DNA of 64,000 nt, from the NCBI GenBank assembly GCA_005772895.1, contig SXIH01000038.1, positions 42,941 through 106,940 of the forward strand. The letters are read 5' to 3'. The notes beneath the pieces are model-generated. The model made no database searches. It saw only the letters and a list, made by a program, of their open reading frames with translations, and had not been told where the DNA came from. Shown piece by piece: positions 38,451 through 48,375 of the stretch (position 1 is its first letter; each line of letters opens with the position of its first letter). This stretch comes from Bacteroidota bacterium. GTDB lineage: Bacteria > Bacteroidota > Bacteroidia > 2-12-FULL-35-15. The position numbers and the translations under genes are program-made.

Positions 38451-41400
38451 ATGAAGAAGATTTACAGTTGTATTTTTCTTTTTTTATTGTCATTTCTACT
38501 CCCTCTGACAATTTCGGCAACGCACATAGTAGGTGGCGTTTTGAACTATGTATATAACGGTTCAAATAGCTACACGGTTACTCTTACGCTTTATCGTGAT
38601 TGTGGAGTTGGTTCTGCAGCTTACCCTGCTACAGTTACAATACAAGTGCAGCAACCAAATGGTTCCGAGTTTGCTCCAAGTCGTGATATAACAGGTATTC
38701 CCGGTGGTCCAATTACAAATGTTCCATATACTTTAGATAGTTGCGCTGTAACACCATCACCTATTCCTTGCGTTCAGATGCGAACATATTCGGCAACAGT
38801 TACATTACCTCCTGTTAGTGGTGGTTATCATTTATATTATTCATTATGTTGTAGAAATTCTACACTTAGTAATACAACTACTTCTGATCAAACTCCCGGA
38901 CAAGATGGTGAATCTTTTTATGCTTTTATCCCGGGAACTTCACTTTGGTATGAAGATTTTACATTAGCAAATGGTACAACGGTAGATGCCGGTCCAACAG
39001 CATGGACAAGAACTTTGGGTGCAGTGCCTCCGGGTTATGCATCAGTTCAAGCAAACCTTTTTGAAGTTCAAGGTGCAAGTAATGCCCAAGCTACGTGGAC
39101 ATCTCAAGTAATAAACATTTCTACATTGACAGCCGGAGCAAATCTAAGTGTTGATTTATCTGAAGCAGGAAATATGGATGCGAATGATTCTATTTTTACT
39201 TATTATAGTTTGAATGGGGGACCATTAACGCAATTCACAACAAATGGTTTGCGTGTAGATGATTTTACTGCAGTTGTTGCAAGCCAAAATGGTTTGATTG
39301 GAACAACAGTACAAATTGTAGTTCGTGTCCACTATGATGCAGCTTCTCCAACAACTGAATTATATCGTTTTGATAATGTACAAGTTTATAATTCTGTTTC
39401 AAACAGTAATCCAACATATACTTTATTTCCTCCTCTTTTTTTATGCGTGGGAAATTTTTTCACGTTCGACCATTCGGCAACGGATTTAGATGGAGATTCT
39501 TTATTCTATTCTTTTTATACTCCTTATGCAGATGCAGCACCAACGTTTCCTCTAAACGTTGCAACATTTACTCCTTTAATTTGGAATGCCGGTTATTCTG
39601 CTACAAGCCCTTTGAATGCAGGTGGACCAGCTTTAACATTAAATTCTGCAACAGGATTGCTTTCCGGAACTCCGAATTCAATTGGTCAATTTCAAGTAGG
39701 AGTTAAAACTACAGAATACAGAAGTGGAATTAAAGTGAGTGATATGGTTCGCGACTTTCAATTTAATATTATTAATTGTCCACCTCCTGCACAAGCACTT
39801 ATTACTCCATCAGGAACATTGTCTGTTTGCAGCGGAAGCACTCTTACATTCCCAAATAATAGTGATGCTGCTGCAACAAATTGGACTTGGAATTTTGGAG
39901 ATTTAAGTACAACATCAGATACTTCAACATTACAATATCCAACATATACTTATCCCGGACCCGGATCATATACAGCAACGCTCATAACCAATGCGGGAAC
40001 ATCTTGTGCAGATACTTCCACTGCAGTGGTTACAGTAACTACACCACCAGCTTCTCCAACAGCGGGAAGCAATAGTCCGGTTTGTGTTGGAGCAACATTA
40101 AATTTAACAGCTACTCCGGTTGGCGGAGCAACTTATACATGGACAGGTCCGAATAGTTTTTCTTCTACTTTACAAAACCCTTCTATAGCAGGTGTAACAG
40201 CATTGGCTGCAGGAACATATTCGGTAACTGCAACTGTAGCAGGTTGTACAGGGCCAGCAGGAACAACAACTGTAGTCGTAAATTCTGCACCCGCTGCTCC
40301 AACAGCAGGAAGTAATTCTCCTGTTTGCGAAGGATCTCCATTAAATTTAACGGCAAATACAATTGCAGGTGCTACCTATTCATGGACAGGTCCGAATGCA
40401 TTTTCATCAGCTTTGGAAGACCCGACAATTGCAAGTCCTACGGTGTTAGCATCAGGAACATATTCTGTAACAGTTACTGTAGGAGGTTGTACTGGGCCTG
40501 CAGGAACAACAAGTGTAACAGTAAATCCATCTCCGGTTGCACCAACAGTAGGAAGCAACTCACCTGTTTGTGCTGGTTCAACAATATTATTGACTTCAAA
40601 TACAATTGCCGGTGCAACTTATTCGTGGACAGGTCCTGCTGCATATTCTTCTTCATTAGAAGATCCAACTCGCCCGGTTGCAACAGCAGCGATGGCTGGA
40701 ACATATTCTTTAACAGTAACAGTAGCTGGCTGTACAAGTCCGGTTGCGACAACAACTGTAGTAGTAAATCCAACACCTGCTGCTCCAACAGCAGGAAGCA
40801 ATTCTCCGGTTTGTGCAGGCGCAACAATAAATTTAACATCTAATACTGTAGCTGGTGCAACATATTCCTGGACAGGTCCAAGTGCATTTTCATCCGCATT
40901 AGAAGATCCAACAATTGCTTCAGCAACAGCAGCAATGGCTGGAACATATAGTTTAACAGTAACTGTAGGAGGATGTACAAGTCCGGTTGCAACAACTACT
41001 GTTGTGGTAAATCCAATTCCTGCAGCACCAACAGTTGGAAGTAATTCTCCGGTTTGTACTGGTGCAACAATTCTATTGACTTCAAATACAATTGCCGGTG
41101 CTACCTATTCATGGACAGGTCCTGCAGCATTTGCATCTGCATTAGAAGACCCAACTCGTCCGGCTGCAACATTAGCGATGGCCGGAACCTATTCATTGAC
41201 GGTAACAGTAGCAGGTTGTACAAGTCCTGTTTCAACAACAACAGTAGTAGTAAATTCAACTCCTGTAGCTCCAACTGCTGGAAGTAATTCTCCTGTTTGT
41301 GCAGGAGCTACAATAAATTTAACTTCTAATACTGTAGTAGGAGCAACTTATTCCTGGACAGGACCGAGTGCATTTTCTTCCTCATTAGAAGATCCAAGTA

Positions 41401-44400
41401 TTGCATCTGCAACAGCAGCCATGGCCGGAACATATAGTTTAACAGTGACAGTAGCTGGTTGTACAAGTCCGGTTGCGACAACAACTGTAGTAGTAAATCC
41501 AACACCTGCTGCTCCAACAGCAGGAAGTAATTCTCCTGTTTGTGTAGGTGCAACAATAAATTTAACATCTAACACTGTAGCCGGTGCAACATATTCCTGG
41601 ACAGGACCAAGTGCATTTTCTTCAGCACTTGAAGATCCAAGTATTGCATCTGCAACTTTAGCAATGGCCGGAACCTATTCATTGACGGTTACTGTAGCAG
41701 GTTGTACAAGTCCGGTTGCAACAACAACTGTTGTTGTAAATCCAATTCCTGCTGCGCCAACAGTTGGAAGTAACTCTCCTGTTTGTACAGGAACACCAAT
41801 AAATTTAACATCAAATACAATTGCCGGTGCAACATATTCTTGGACAGGTCCTGCAGCATTTGCATCTGCATTGGAAGATCCAATTCGTCCGTCTGCAACT
41901 TTAGCGATGGCCGGAACATATAGTTTAACAGTAACAGTAGCAGGTTGTACAAGTCCGGTTGCAACAACAACTGTAGTTGTAAATCCTACACCTGCAACTC
42001 CAACTGCAGGCAGTAACTCTCCGATTTGTGATGGAGCTACATTGAATTTAACTTCAAATACAATTGCCGGAGCAACTTATTCTTGGACGGGTCCGAATTC
42101 CTTTTCATCAGCATTAGAAGATCCATCAATTGTTGGAGCAACAACTCTTGCTTCCGGAACATATTCTGTAACAGCTACAGTTGCCGGCTGTACAAGTAAT
42201 CCTGGAACCACGGTAGTAACTGTAAACCCAATTCCTGCAGCACCAACAGTAGGAAGTAATTCTCCGGTTTGTACTGGCACAACAATATTATTGACTTCAA
42301 ATACTATTGCAGGTGCAACTTATGCATGGACTGGTCCGGCAGCATTTGCATCAGCCTTAGAAGATCCAACTCGTCCCGCTGCAACATTGGCAATGGCCGG
42401 AACCTATTCTTTAACAGTAACAGTAGCAGGTTGTACAAGTCCGGTTGCAACAACAACTGTAGTAGTAAATCCAACTCCTGCAGCTCCAACAGCTGGAAGT
42501 AATTCTCCTGTTTGTGCTGGAGCAACAATAAATTTAACATCTAATACTGTAGCAGGTGCAACTTATTCCTGGACAGGACCGAGTGCATTTTCTTCATTAT
42601 TAGAAGATCCAAGTATTGCATCTGCAACAGCAGCGATGGCTGGAACATATAGTTTAACAGTAACAGTAGCAGGTTGTACAAGTCCGGTTGCAACAACAAC
42701 AGTTGTTGTAAATCCAATTCCTGCAACTCCAACGGCTGGAAGTAATTCTCCAATTTGTGTTGGAGCAACATTGAATCTTACAACTCCTGCAGTTGCGGGA
42801 GCAACATATAGTTGGACAGGTCCAAACAGTTTTTCATCAGCATTACAGAATCCATCTATTGTAGGAGCAACAGCTTTAGCAACCGGAACATATTCTATAT
42901 CAGTTACTGTTTTAGGTTGTACCAGTGCAATAGGAACAGTAGCTGTTACTGTAAATTCAGCACCGGTTTCTCCTACGGCTAGTTCAAACACTCCGGTTTG
43001 TTCTGGTGATTCTTTATTGTTATTTGCTTCAACAATTGCCGGAGCAACATATTCATGGACGGGTCCGAATTCTTTTACATCAACGTTACAAAATCCATTT
43101 ATTGTTGGTGCAACAACATTAGCAGCAGGAACATATACGGTTGTTGCAAACAATGGATGCGCAAGTTCACCTGCTACAACAACAGTAGTTGTAAACCCAA
43201 CACCAGTGGCACCAACAGCAGGAAGCAATGGTCCGCTTTGTGAAGGTGCTACTTTAAATTTAACATCAAATACAATTGCTGGAGCAACATATTCTTGGAC
43301 TGGTCCAAATAGTTTTTCATCAGCATTGGAAGATCCATCAATAGTTGGAGTAACTGCAATTGCATCAGGAACGTATTCTGTTTCAGTAACTGTAAATGGA
43401 TGTACAGGTCCAATAGGAACTATTGCAGTAGTGATTAATCAACCTGCAGTTGCAAGTGCGGGACCAAATCAAACGGTTTGCGCAAACAATGCAATCATAA
43501 ATATTTCAGGAACTGTAACTGGCGGAAGTACAACAGGAATTTGGAGTACAAGTGGAACAGGAACATTCTCTCCTTCTAACACAAGTTTATCTGCAACATA
43601 TAATCCAACTAGCGCAGATACTGCTTCAGGAAGTATAACATTAACATTAACGTCAACTCTTAATGGAGCATGTGCTGCATCTGTATCGTCTCTTGTAATT
43701 ACAATTACAAATGCTCCAACTGTAAATGCGGGTGTTGATCAGAGTGTTTGTGCGAACAATGCAAATACTAATTTAAATGGAGTTGTAACAACTGCTGGTG
43801 GAGGTTTGTGGAGCACATCGGGAAGCGGAACTTTTTCACCGGATAATATTACATTGAATGCAACATACATTCCTAGTGCTGCGGATACAACAAGTGGAAT
43901 AGTTACTCTTACTTTGACGTCAACCGGAAATGGAACTTGTATAGCAGTTTCCGATACAATGATAATAACAATAACAAATGCACCAATTGCCAATGCGGGT
44001 GCTGATCAGTTTGTTTGTTTATCTAGTCCTAATGCAACTTTATCAGGAACCATAATTGGTGGAGCAGGAACAGGAATCTGGACTACATCGGGAACCGGTA
44101 CATTTTCTCCAAGTGCAACTTCTTTAACAGCAACATATATTCCTAGTTCAGTTGATACTGCTGCAGGAAATGTTGTAATTGTTTTAACAACAACTGCCAA
44201 TGGTGGATGTGCTGCAGCTACCGATACAATGACAATTAATTACACTACAATTCCAACAGTTGATGCTGGAGTTGATCAAACTGTTTGTGCAAACAATGCC
44301 TCTGTTTTATTAAATGGAACAGTGAACGGAACTTCCAACACCGGAATATGGAGCACAAGTGGAACAGGAATATTTACTCCAAACGATAGTACCTTAAATG

Positions 44401-47372
44401 CAACATATATTCCAAGTGCTGCTGATACTACTTCCGGTTCTGTAACACTTACATTGAGTTCAACAAATTCTTGTTCAGTTATTACTGATGTAATGGTAAT
44501 TACAATTACAGATGGCCCTTCTGTTTCAGCAGGTGCAGATGTAAATGTTTGCTCTAATAATCCTGATGCGAATTTAACTGCAGTAATAAGTGGCGCAACA
44601 ACAACAGGTATTTGGACAACAGCAGGAACAGGAACAATTTCTCCATCAGCAACAAGTTTAGCAATTACATATTCACCATCTGCAACTGATATTTTAAATG
44701 GAAGTGTTGATTTAATAATTACATCAACAGGAAACGGAACTTGTAATGCAGTTTTTGATACAGTAACAATAATTATTACTCCACCGCCTGCAGCATTTGC
44801 AGGAAATGATACTTCTATTTGTGCAAATACATCTTTCCAATTATCTGGAGTAATAACCGGTGGTGCAGGAACAGGAAACTGGACAACATCCGGATCGGGA
44901 ACTTTTTCACCTGCAAGTAATATTTTAAATGCAATTTATATTCCTAGCAATGCCGATACTTTAAGTGGAACTGTAACTTTAACATTGACGTCAACAAACA
45001 ATGGTGGATGTATTGCAGTAAGTGATAATATTGTTATAACAATTACTGATGCTCCAATTGCAAACGCAGGTGTTGACCAAGGTGTTTGCTCTAATAATCC
45101 TGCAGTTGCATTGAGTGGTTCTGTAACTCAGGCTAGTGGAGGTGTTTGGACAACCAGCGGAACAGGAACATTTGATGTTGCAACAAATTTAAATGCAAAT
45201 TATACTCCTTCTCCTGCAGATATTTTAAGTGGAACAATTACTTTAACACTTACAACAACTGGTAATGGAAATTGTAATCCTGCAGTTGATTCAATGTCGG
45301 TTAATTTTTCTCCTGCTCCAATTGTAAATGCAAATGCGGATCAATTTATTTGTACAGGAACTACCACAGCAGTTTTAAATGGAAGTGTTAGTGGTGGAAG
45401 TATAACAGGAATATGGACAACATTGGGTTCTGGAACATTTAGTTTGGATACCGATATGAATGCTACTTATACTTTGAGTAGTGCTGATACAACAGCAGGT
45501 TCAGTAACTCTTATTCTTACATCAACAAGTAATGGAAATTGTTTAGCAGTTTCTGATACAATGCAAATTACAATCACAACTATTCCTACTTCTAATTCAG
45601 GATTAGATCAAATACTTTGTGCAAATAATGCAAACGTAATTTTAAACGGAATTATTACAGGTGGCTCAGGAATGGGTCAATGGTCAACATATAACGGTAC
45701 AGGAACATTCAGTCCTTCGGATACAACATTAAATGCAACTTACAATTCGAGTGCTGCAGATACCGCGCAAGGTTTTGTTTCACTTGTGTTAACTCCTATC
45801 AACGCATGTTTAAATGTTCCGGATACTTTACAAATTACATTTACTGATGCTCCGGTTATTTTTGCAGGAAACGATCAATCCATTTGTAATGGAGGTACGA
45901 TCAGTTTGAGTGCAACTATGAATGCTGTGTCATCAGGAATGATTTGGACTACGAGCGGTACAGGGACGTTTGCGCCTGATGATTCTTCTTTAGCTGTAAC
46001 TTATAATCCATCTGTTGGAGATGCAACTTTAGACACTATTTATTTTTATGCTACTACAACAGGAAATGGAAATTGTTTTGCAGTGATGGATACTGTTATG
46101 GTTTTATTGGGAAATACTCCTGTTGCAGATTTTACAACTTCAGGTAATTGTAGCGGACTATTAGTTTCGTTTACAGATATTTCAACAGTTTCGCCTGGAA
46201 CAGTAAGCGGATGGATTTGGGATTTTGGTGATACTAATACATCGGTTTTACAAAATCCAACAAACATTTACACAGCAGCGGGAACATATACTGTAACTTT
46301 GGTTGCATCTTCCGGTGCAGGTTGCAGTGATTCGATTGTAAAAGTAATTGTTATTAATCCTCTACCTGTTGCAGCATTTAGTTATGTTTCAAATTGTACT
46401 TCTGACAGTGTTCTGTTTACAGATAATTCTACTATTTCTTCCGGTACAATTTCACAATGGTCATGGAATTTTGGAGATTCAACATCTTCAGTATTGCAAA
46501 ATCCGATTCAAGTTTATAGTGTGATAGATACATTCTCGGTTACACTTACTGTTACTTCTGATTCTGGTTGTGTTGCAAATATTACACAAAATGTAATTGT
46601 TGCTCCACGACCAACTGCAAACTTTGGTTACTCTATTAATTGTGCAACTGGCATAGCAATTTTTACTGATTCGTCAACGATAGACGGAAACGATTCCATT
46701 ATTTCTTATAGTTGGAATTTTGGAAATAGTACGACTTCTACACTTCAAAATCCTTTACCTGTAATGTATAATCCGGGAACGTATATTGTTCAGCTGATTG
46801 TAACAACGCAAGGAGGCTGTAGTGATATTGATACTGTAACGATAGTTATAACAGCTCCTCCGATTGCAGATTATATTCCTCAGGGTGGACAATACCAAAT
46901 CGGACAAACAATAAACTTTACAGATCAAAGTCAAAATGCCACTTCTTACTATTGGACTTTTGGAAACAATAATAATACATCCATTGTTCAGAATCCAAGT
47001 TATTCATATGGAGTGAATGGTAATTATATTGTGACACTTATCGCTACAAACGCAAGCGGCTGTTCTGATACTGCAGCATATCAATTTGAAATAATCGGAA
47101 GTTCAATAGTTGCACCTACTGCATTTTCACCAAATGGTGATGGATTGAATGATTACTTCAGCATCAAAGGCGGACCATTTAATTCTTATGAATTAAGAGT
47201 GTTTAATGAATGGGGACAACAAATATTTATTTCTAATAGCCAAGATACCGGTTGGGATGGAACATATAAAAGAAAAGACCAGCCAGCTGGTTCATACGTT
47301 TATATTTTTGTTGGAGTAAGCTATACAAATGAAGAAATTAAAATGCAAGGAGAAATTGCTATAACACGTTAA
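38451..47372 (+). CDS. Giant cell-surface adhesin-like protein (2973 aa) with a T9SS type-B C-terminal sorting domain
   Basis: Signal peptide, then a ~520-aa N-terminal region, then 14 tandem ~80-aa repeats (SPVCxGATxNLTSNTxAGATYSWTGP..F.S.LEDP), 10 tandem ~90-aa repeats (AG.DQ.VC.NN....L.G.V...W.TSGTG.F.P), four PKD-like domains (W.FGD...S..QNP...Y...G.Y.V.L), and the terminal gliding-motility-associated C-terminal domain (FSPNGDGLNDYF.I.G....Y.L.VFNEWGQ..F). Confidence 0.8.
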   Translation: MKKIYSCIFLFLLSFLLPLTISATHIVGGVLNYVYNGSNSYTVTLTLYRDCGVGSAAYPATVTIQVQQPNGSEFAPSRDITGIPGGPITNVPYTLDSCAVTPSPIPCVQMRTYSATVTLPPVSGGYHLYYSLCCRNSTLSNTTTSDQTPGQDGESFYAFIPGTSLWYEDFTLANGTTVDAGPTAWTRTLGAVPPGYASVQANLFEVQGASNAQATWTSQVINISTLTAGANLSVDLSEAGNMDANDSIFTYYSLNGGPLTQFTTNGLRVDDFTAVVASQNGLIGTTVQIVVRVHYDAASPTTELYRFDNVQVYNSVSNSNPTYTLFPPLFLCVGNFFTFDHSATDLDGDSLFYSFYTPYADAAPTFPLNVATFTPLIWNAGYSATSPLNAGGPALTLNSATGLLSGTPNSIGQFQVGVKTTEYRSGIKVSDMVRDFQFNIINCPPPAQALITPSGTLSVCSGSTLTFPNNSDAAATNWTWNFGDLSTTSDTSTLQYPTYTYPGPGSYTATLITNAGTSCADTSTAVVTVTTPPASPTAGSNSPVCVGATLNLTATPVGGATYTWTGPNSFSSTLQNPSIAGVTALAAGTYSVTATVAGCTGPAGTTTVVVNSAPAAPTAGSNSPVCEGSPLNLTANTIAGATYSWTGPNAFSSALEDPTIASPTVLASGTYSVTVTVGGCTGPAGTTSVTVNPSPVAPTVGSNSPVCAGSTILLTSNTIAGATYSWTGPAAYSSSLEDPTRPVATAAMAGTYSLTVTVAGCTSPVATTTVVVNPTPAAPTAGSNSPVCAGATINLTSNTVAGATYSWTGPSAFSSALEDPTIASATAAMAGTYSLTVTVGGCTSPVATTTVVVNPIPAAPTVGSNSPVCTGATILLTSNTIAGATYSWTGPAAFASALEDPTRPAATLAMAGTYSLTVTVAGCTSPVSTTTVVVNSTPVAPTAGSNSPVCAGATINLTSNTVVGATYSWTGPSAFSSSLEDPSIASATAAMAGTYSLTVTVAGCTSPVATTTVVVNPTPAAPTAGSNSPVCVGATINLTSNTVAGATYSWTGPSAFSSALEDPSIASATLAMAGTYSLTVTVAGCTSPVATTTVVVNPIPAAPTVGSNSPVCTGTPINLTSNTIAGATYSWTGPAAFASALEDPIRPSATLAMAGTYSLTVTVAGCTSPVATTTVVVNPTPATPTAGSNSPICDGATLNLTSNTIAGATYSWTGPNSFSSALEDPSIVGATTLASGTYSVTATVAGCTSNPGTTVVTVNPIPAAPTVGSNSPVCTGTTILLTSNTIAGATYAWTGPAAFASALEDPTRPAATLAMAGTYSLTVTVAGCTSPVATTTVVVNPTPAAPTAGSNSPVCAGATINLTSNTVAGATYSWTGPSAFSSLLEDPSIASATAAMAGTYSLTVTVAGCTSPVATTTVVVNPIPATPTAGSNSPICVGATLNLTTPAVAGATYSWTGPNSFSSALQNPSIVGATALATGTYSISVTVLGCTSAIGTVAVTVNSAPVSPTASSNTPVCSGDSLLLFASTIAGATYSWTGPNSFTSTLQNPFIVGATTLAAGTYTVVANNGCASSPATTTVVVNPTPVAPTAGSNGPLCEGATLNLTSNTIAGATYSWTGPNSFSSALEDPSIVGVTAIASGTYSVSVTVNGCTGPIGTIAVVINQPAVASAGPNQTVCANNAIINISGTVTGGSTTGIWSTSGTGTFSPSNTSLSATYNPTSADTASGSITLTLTSTLNGACAASVSSLVITITNAPTVNAGVDQSVCANNANTNLNGVVTTAGGGLWSTSGSGTFSPDNITLNATYIPSAADTTSGIVTLTLTSTGNGTCIAVSDTMIITITNAPIANAGADQFVCLSSPNATLSGTIIGGAGTGIWTTSGTGTFSPSATSLTATYIPSSVDTAAGNVVIVLTTTANGGCAAATDTMTINYTTIPTVDAGVDQTVCANNASVLLNGTVNGTSNTGIWSTSGTGIFTPNDSTLNATYIPSAADTTSGSVTLTLSSTNSCSVITDVMVITITDGPSVSAGADVNVCSNNPDANLTAVISGATTTGIWTTAGTGTISPSATSLAITYSPSATDILNGSVDLIITSTGNGTCNAVFDTVTIIITPPPAAFAGNDTSICANTSFQLSGVITGGAGTGNWTTSGSGTFSPASNILNAIYIPSNADTLSGTVTLTLTSTNNGGCIAVSDNIVITITDAPIANAGVDQGVCSNNPAVALSGSVTQASGGVWTTSGTGTFDVATNLNANYTPSPADILSGTITLTLTTTGNGNCNPAVDSMSVNFSPAPIVNANADQFICTGTTTAVLNGSVSGGSITGIWTTLGSGTFSLDTDMNATYTLSSADTTAGSVTLILTSTSNGNCLAVSDTMQITITTIPTSNSGLDQILCANNANVILNGIITGGSGMGQWSTYNGTGTFSPSDTTLNATYNSSAADTAQGFVSLVLTPINACLNVPDTLQITFTDAPVIFAGNDQSICNGGTISLSATMNAVSSGMIWTTSGTGTFAPDDSSLAVTYNPSVGDATLDTIYFYATTTGNGNCFAVMDTVMVLLGNTPVADFTTSGNCSGLLVSFTDISTVSPGTVSGWIWDFGDTNTSVLQNPTNIYTAAGTYTVTLVASSGAGCSDSIVKVIVINPLPVAAFSYVSNCTSDSVLFTDNSTISSGTISQWSWNFGDSTSSVLQNPIQVYSVIDTFSVTLTVTSDSGCVANITQNVIVAPRPTANFGYSINCATGIAIFTDSSTIDGNDSIISYSWNFGNSTTSTLQNPLPVMYNPGTYIVQLIVTTQGGCSDIDTVTIVITAPPIADYIPQGGQYQIGQTINFTDQSQNATSYYWTFGNNNNTSIVQNPSYSYGVNGNYIVTLIATNASGCSDTAAYQFEIIGSSIVAPTAFSPNGDGLNDYFSIKGGPFNSYELRVFNEWGQQIFISNSQDTGWDGTYKRKDQPAGSYVYIFVGVSYTNEEIKMQGEIAITR
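40045..43440 (+). repeat. 14 near-identical tandem ~240-bp coding repeats inside the giant adhesin gene
   Basis: Long stretches are identical at the nucleotide level (for example aattctcctgtttgtgc...ggaacatatagtttaacagt recurs). This explains the many spurious overlapping ORFs on both strands in the track. Confidence 0.85.
43440..46120 (+). repeat. 10 tandem ~270-bp coding repeats (second repeat class) inside the giant adhesin gene
   Basis: Periodic AG.DQ.VCANN ... ITITNAP units. More diverged than the first repeat class. Confidence 0.7.
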
Positions 47373-47376
47373 TGTT

Positions 47377-48366
47377 ATGAAAAAAGCACTCACATATTTT
47401 ATCTTGATTTGCAGTTATACTTTGTCTGCACAGGATTTTCACATATCGCAGTACGATGTGTTGACGTTGTATAATAATCCAGGATTAACCGGAGTTTACA
47501 ATGAAGAACAAAAAGTAGATTATAAAGTTTATTTGACTCATCGTTCTCAATGGAAGTCGTTAGGGATTAAACCTTTTAAGACTTATTCTGTTGCATACGA
47601 TATGAAATATAAACGTTTTGGAATAGGAGGAGTGCTTCTGAATAATCGCTCAGGTGCGGGAAATTTTAACACATTAAACTTTCTACTTTCTGGTTCATAT
47701 TTTATTGTTAAAGATCCTGAATCTCCACATACTCTAAATGTTGGACTTCAGATGGGTTTAATAAACAAGTCTTTCGACTCTGAAAAATATTTGTATGAAA
47801 GTCAGTACAATTCTTCAACCGGAATGCTTGATGAAAATATTGAAAGCGGGGAGATGTATTCAAAAACAAGCATTTTAAGATTTGATGCAAATGTTGGCGT
47901 TTATTATAGTTACAATGAAAAATCAAAAAACTATCATCCTTTCATTGGTTTTTCATTTTATCATTTGACAAAGCCAAATGAATCATTTACTACTACACCA
48001 AGCAGAATGCCTATGCGATTTAATTTAAATCCAGGGTGTGAATTTATTGTTAATGAAAAAGTAAAATTGACTCCGAGTATTTTATACATGAATCAGGCAA
48101 AAGCTTCAGAGTTTAATATCGGTGTATTAGGAACATATCGAATAAAAGAAAAAAATGATGTTATTTATGGGTTGAATTATCGTTGGAAGGATGCAATTAT
48201 TATTCATGTTGGTTTCCGGAAAGATAATTTAGTTTTGAGAATGAGTTATGATGTGAATGCTTCTTATTTGTCTCCTTATACAGGACGTAAAGGAGGATTT
48301 GAAATGTCGTTAACGATGACCGGTAAAAAAGGGGAAAATCCACTTAAATCAGTAAAGTCTTTTTAG
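47377..48366 (+). CDS. PorP/SprF-family type IX secretion system membrane protein
   Basis: 329 aa with a signal peptide and the QDxH(F)SQY N-terminal motif. It sits 4 nt downstream of a type-B CTD cargo gene, the canonical cargo-PorP pairing. Confidence 0.75.
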   Translation: MKKALTYFILICSYTLSAQDFHISQYDVLTLYNNPGLTGVYNEEQKVDYKVYLTHRSQWKSLGIKPFKTYSVAYDMKYKRFGIGGVLLNNRSGAGNFNTLNFLLSGSYFIVKDPESPHTLNVGLQMGLINKSFDSEKYLYESQYNSSTGMLDENIESGEMYSKTSILRFDANVGVYYSYNEKSKNYHPFIGFSFYHLTKPNESFTTTPSRMPMRFNLNPGCEFIVNEKVKLTPSILYMNQAKASEFNIGVLGTYRIKEKNDVIYGLNYRWKDAIIIHVGFRKDNLVLRMSYDVNASYLSPYTGRKGGFEMSLTMTGKKGENPLKSVKSF

Positions 48367-48375
48367 GAATTTCTA

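Noticed and set aside
40045-43440. CRISPR array suggested by the tandem repeats
   Set aside because: The units are about 240 bp with no unique spacers, are protein-coding in one continuous frame, and there are no cas genes. This is a repeat-domain gene, not CRISPR.
39443-44200. About 20 overlapping ORFs of 60 to 220 aa on both strands inside the giant adhesin gene (for example 40325..40843 +, 42563..43228 -)
   Set aside because: They all lie within the near-identical 240-bp tandem coding repeats of the 2973-aa gene. Their open frames are a by-product of the repeat periodicity and low stop-codon content, not independent genes.
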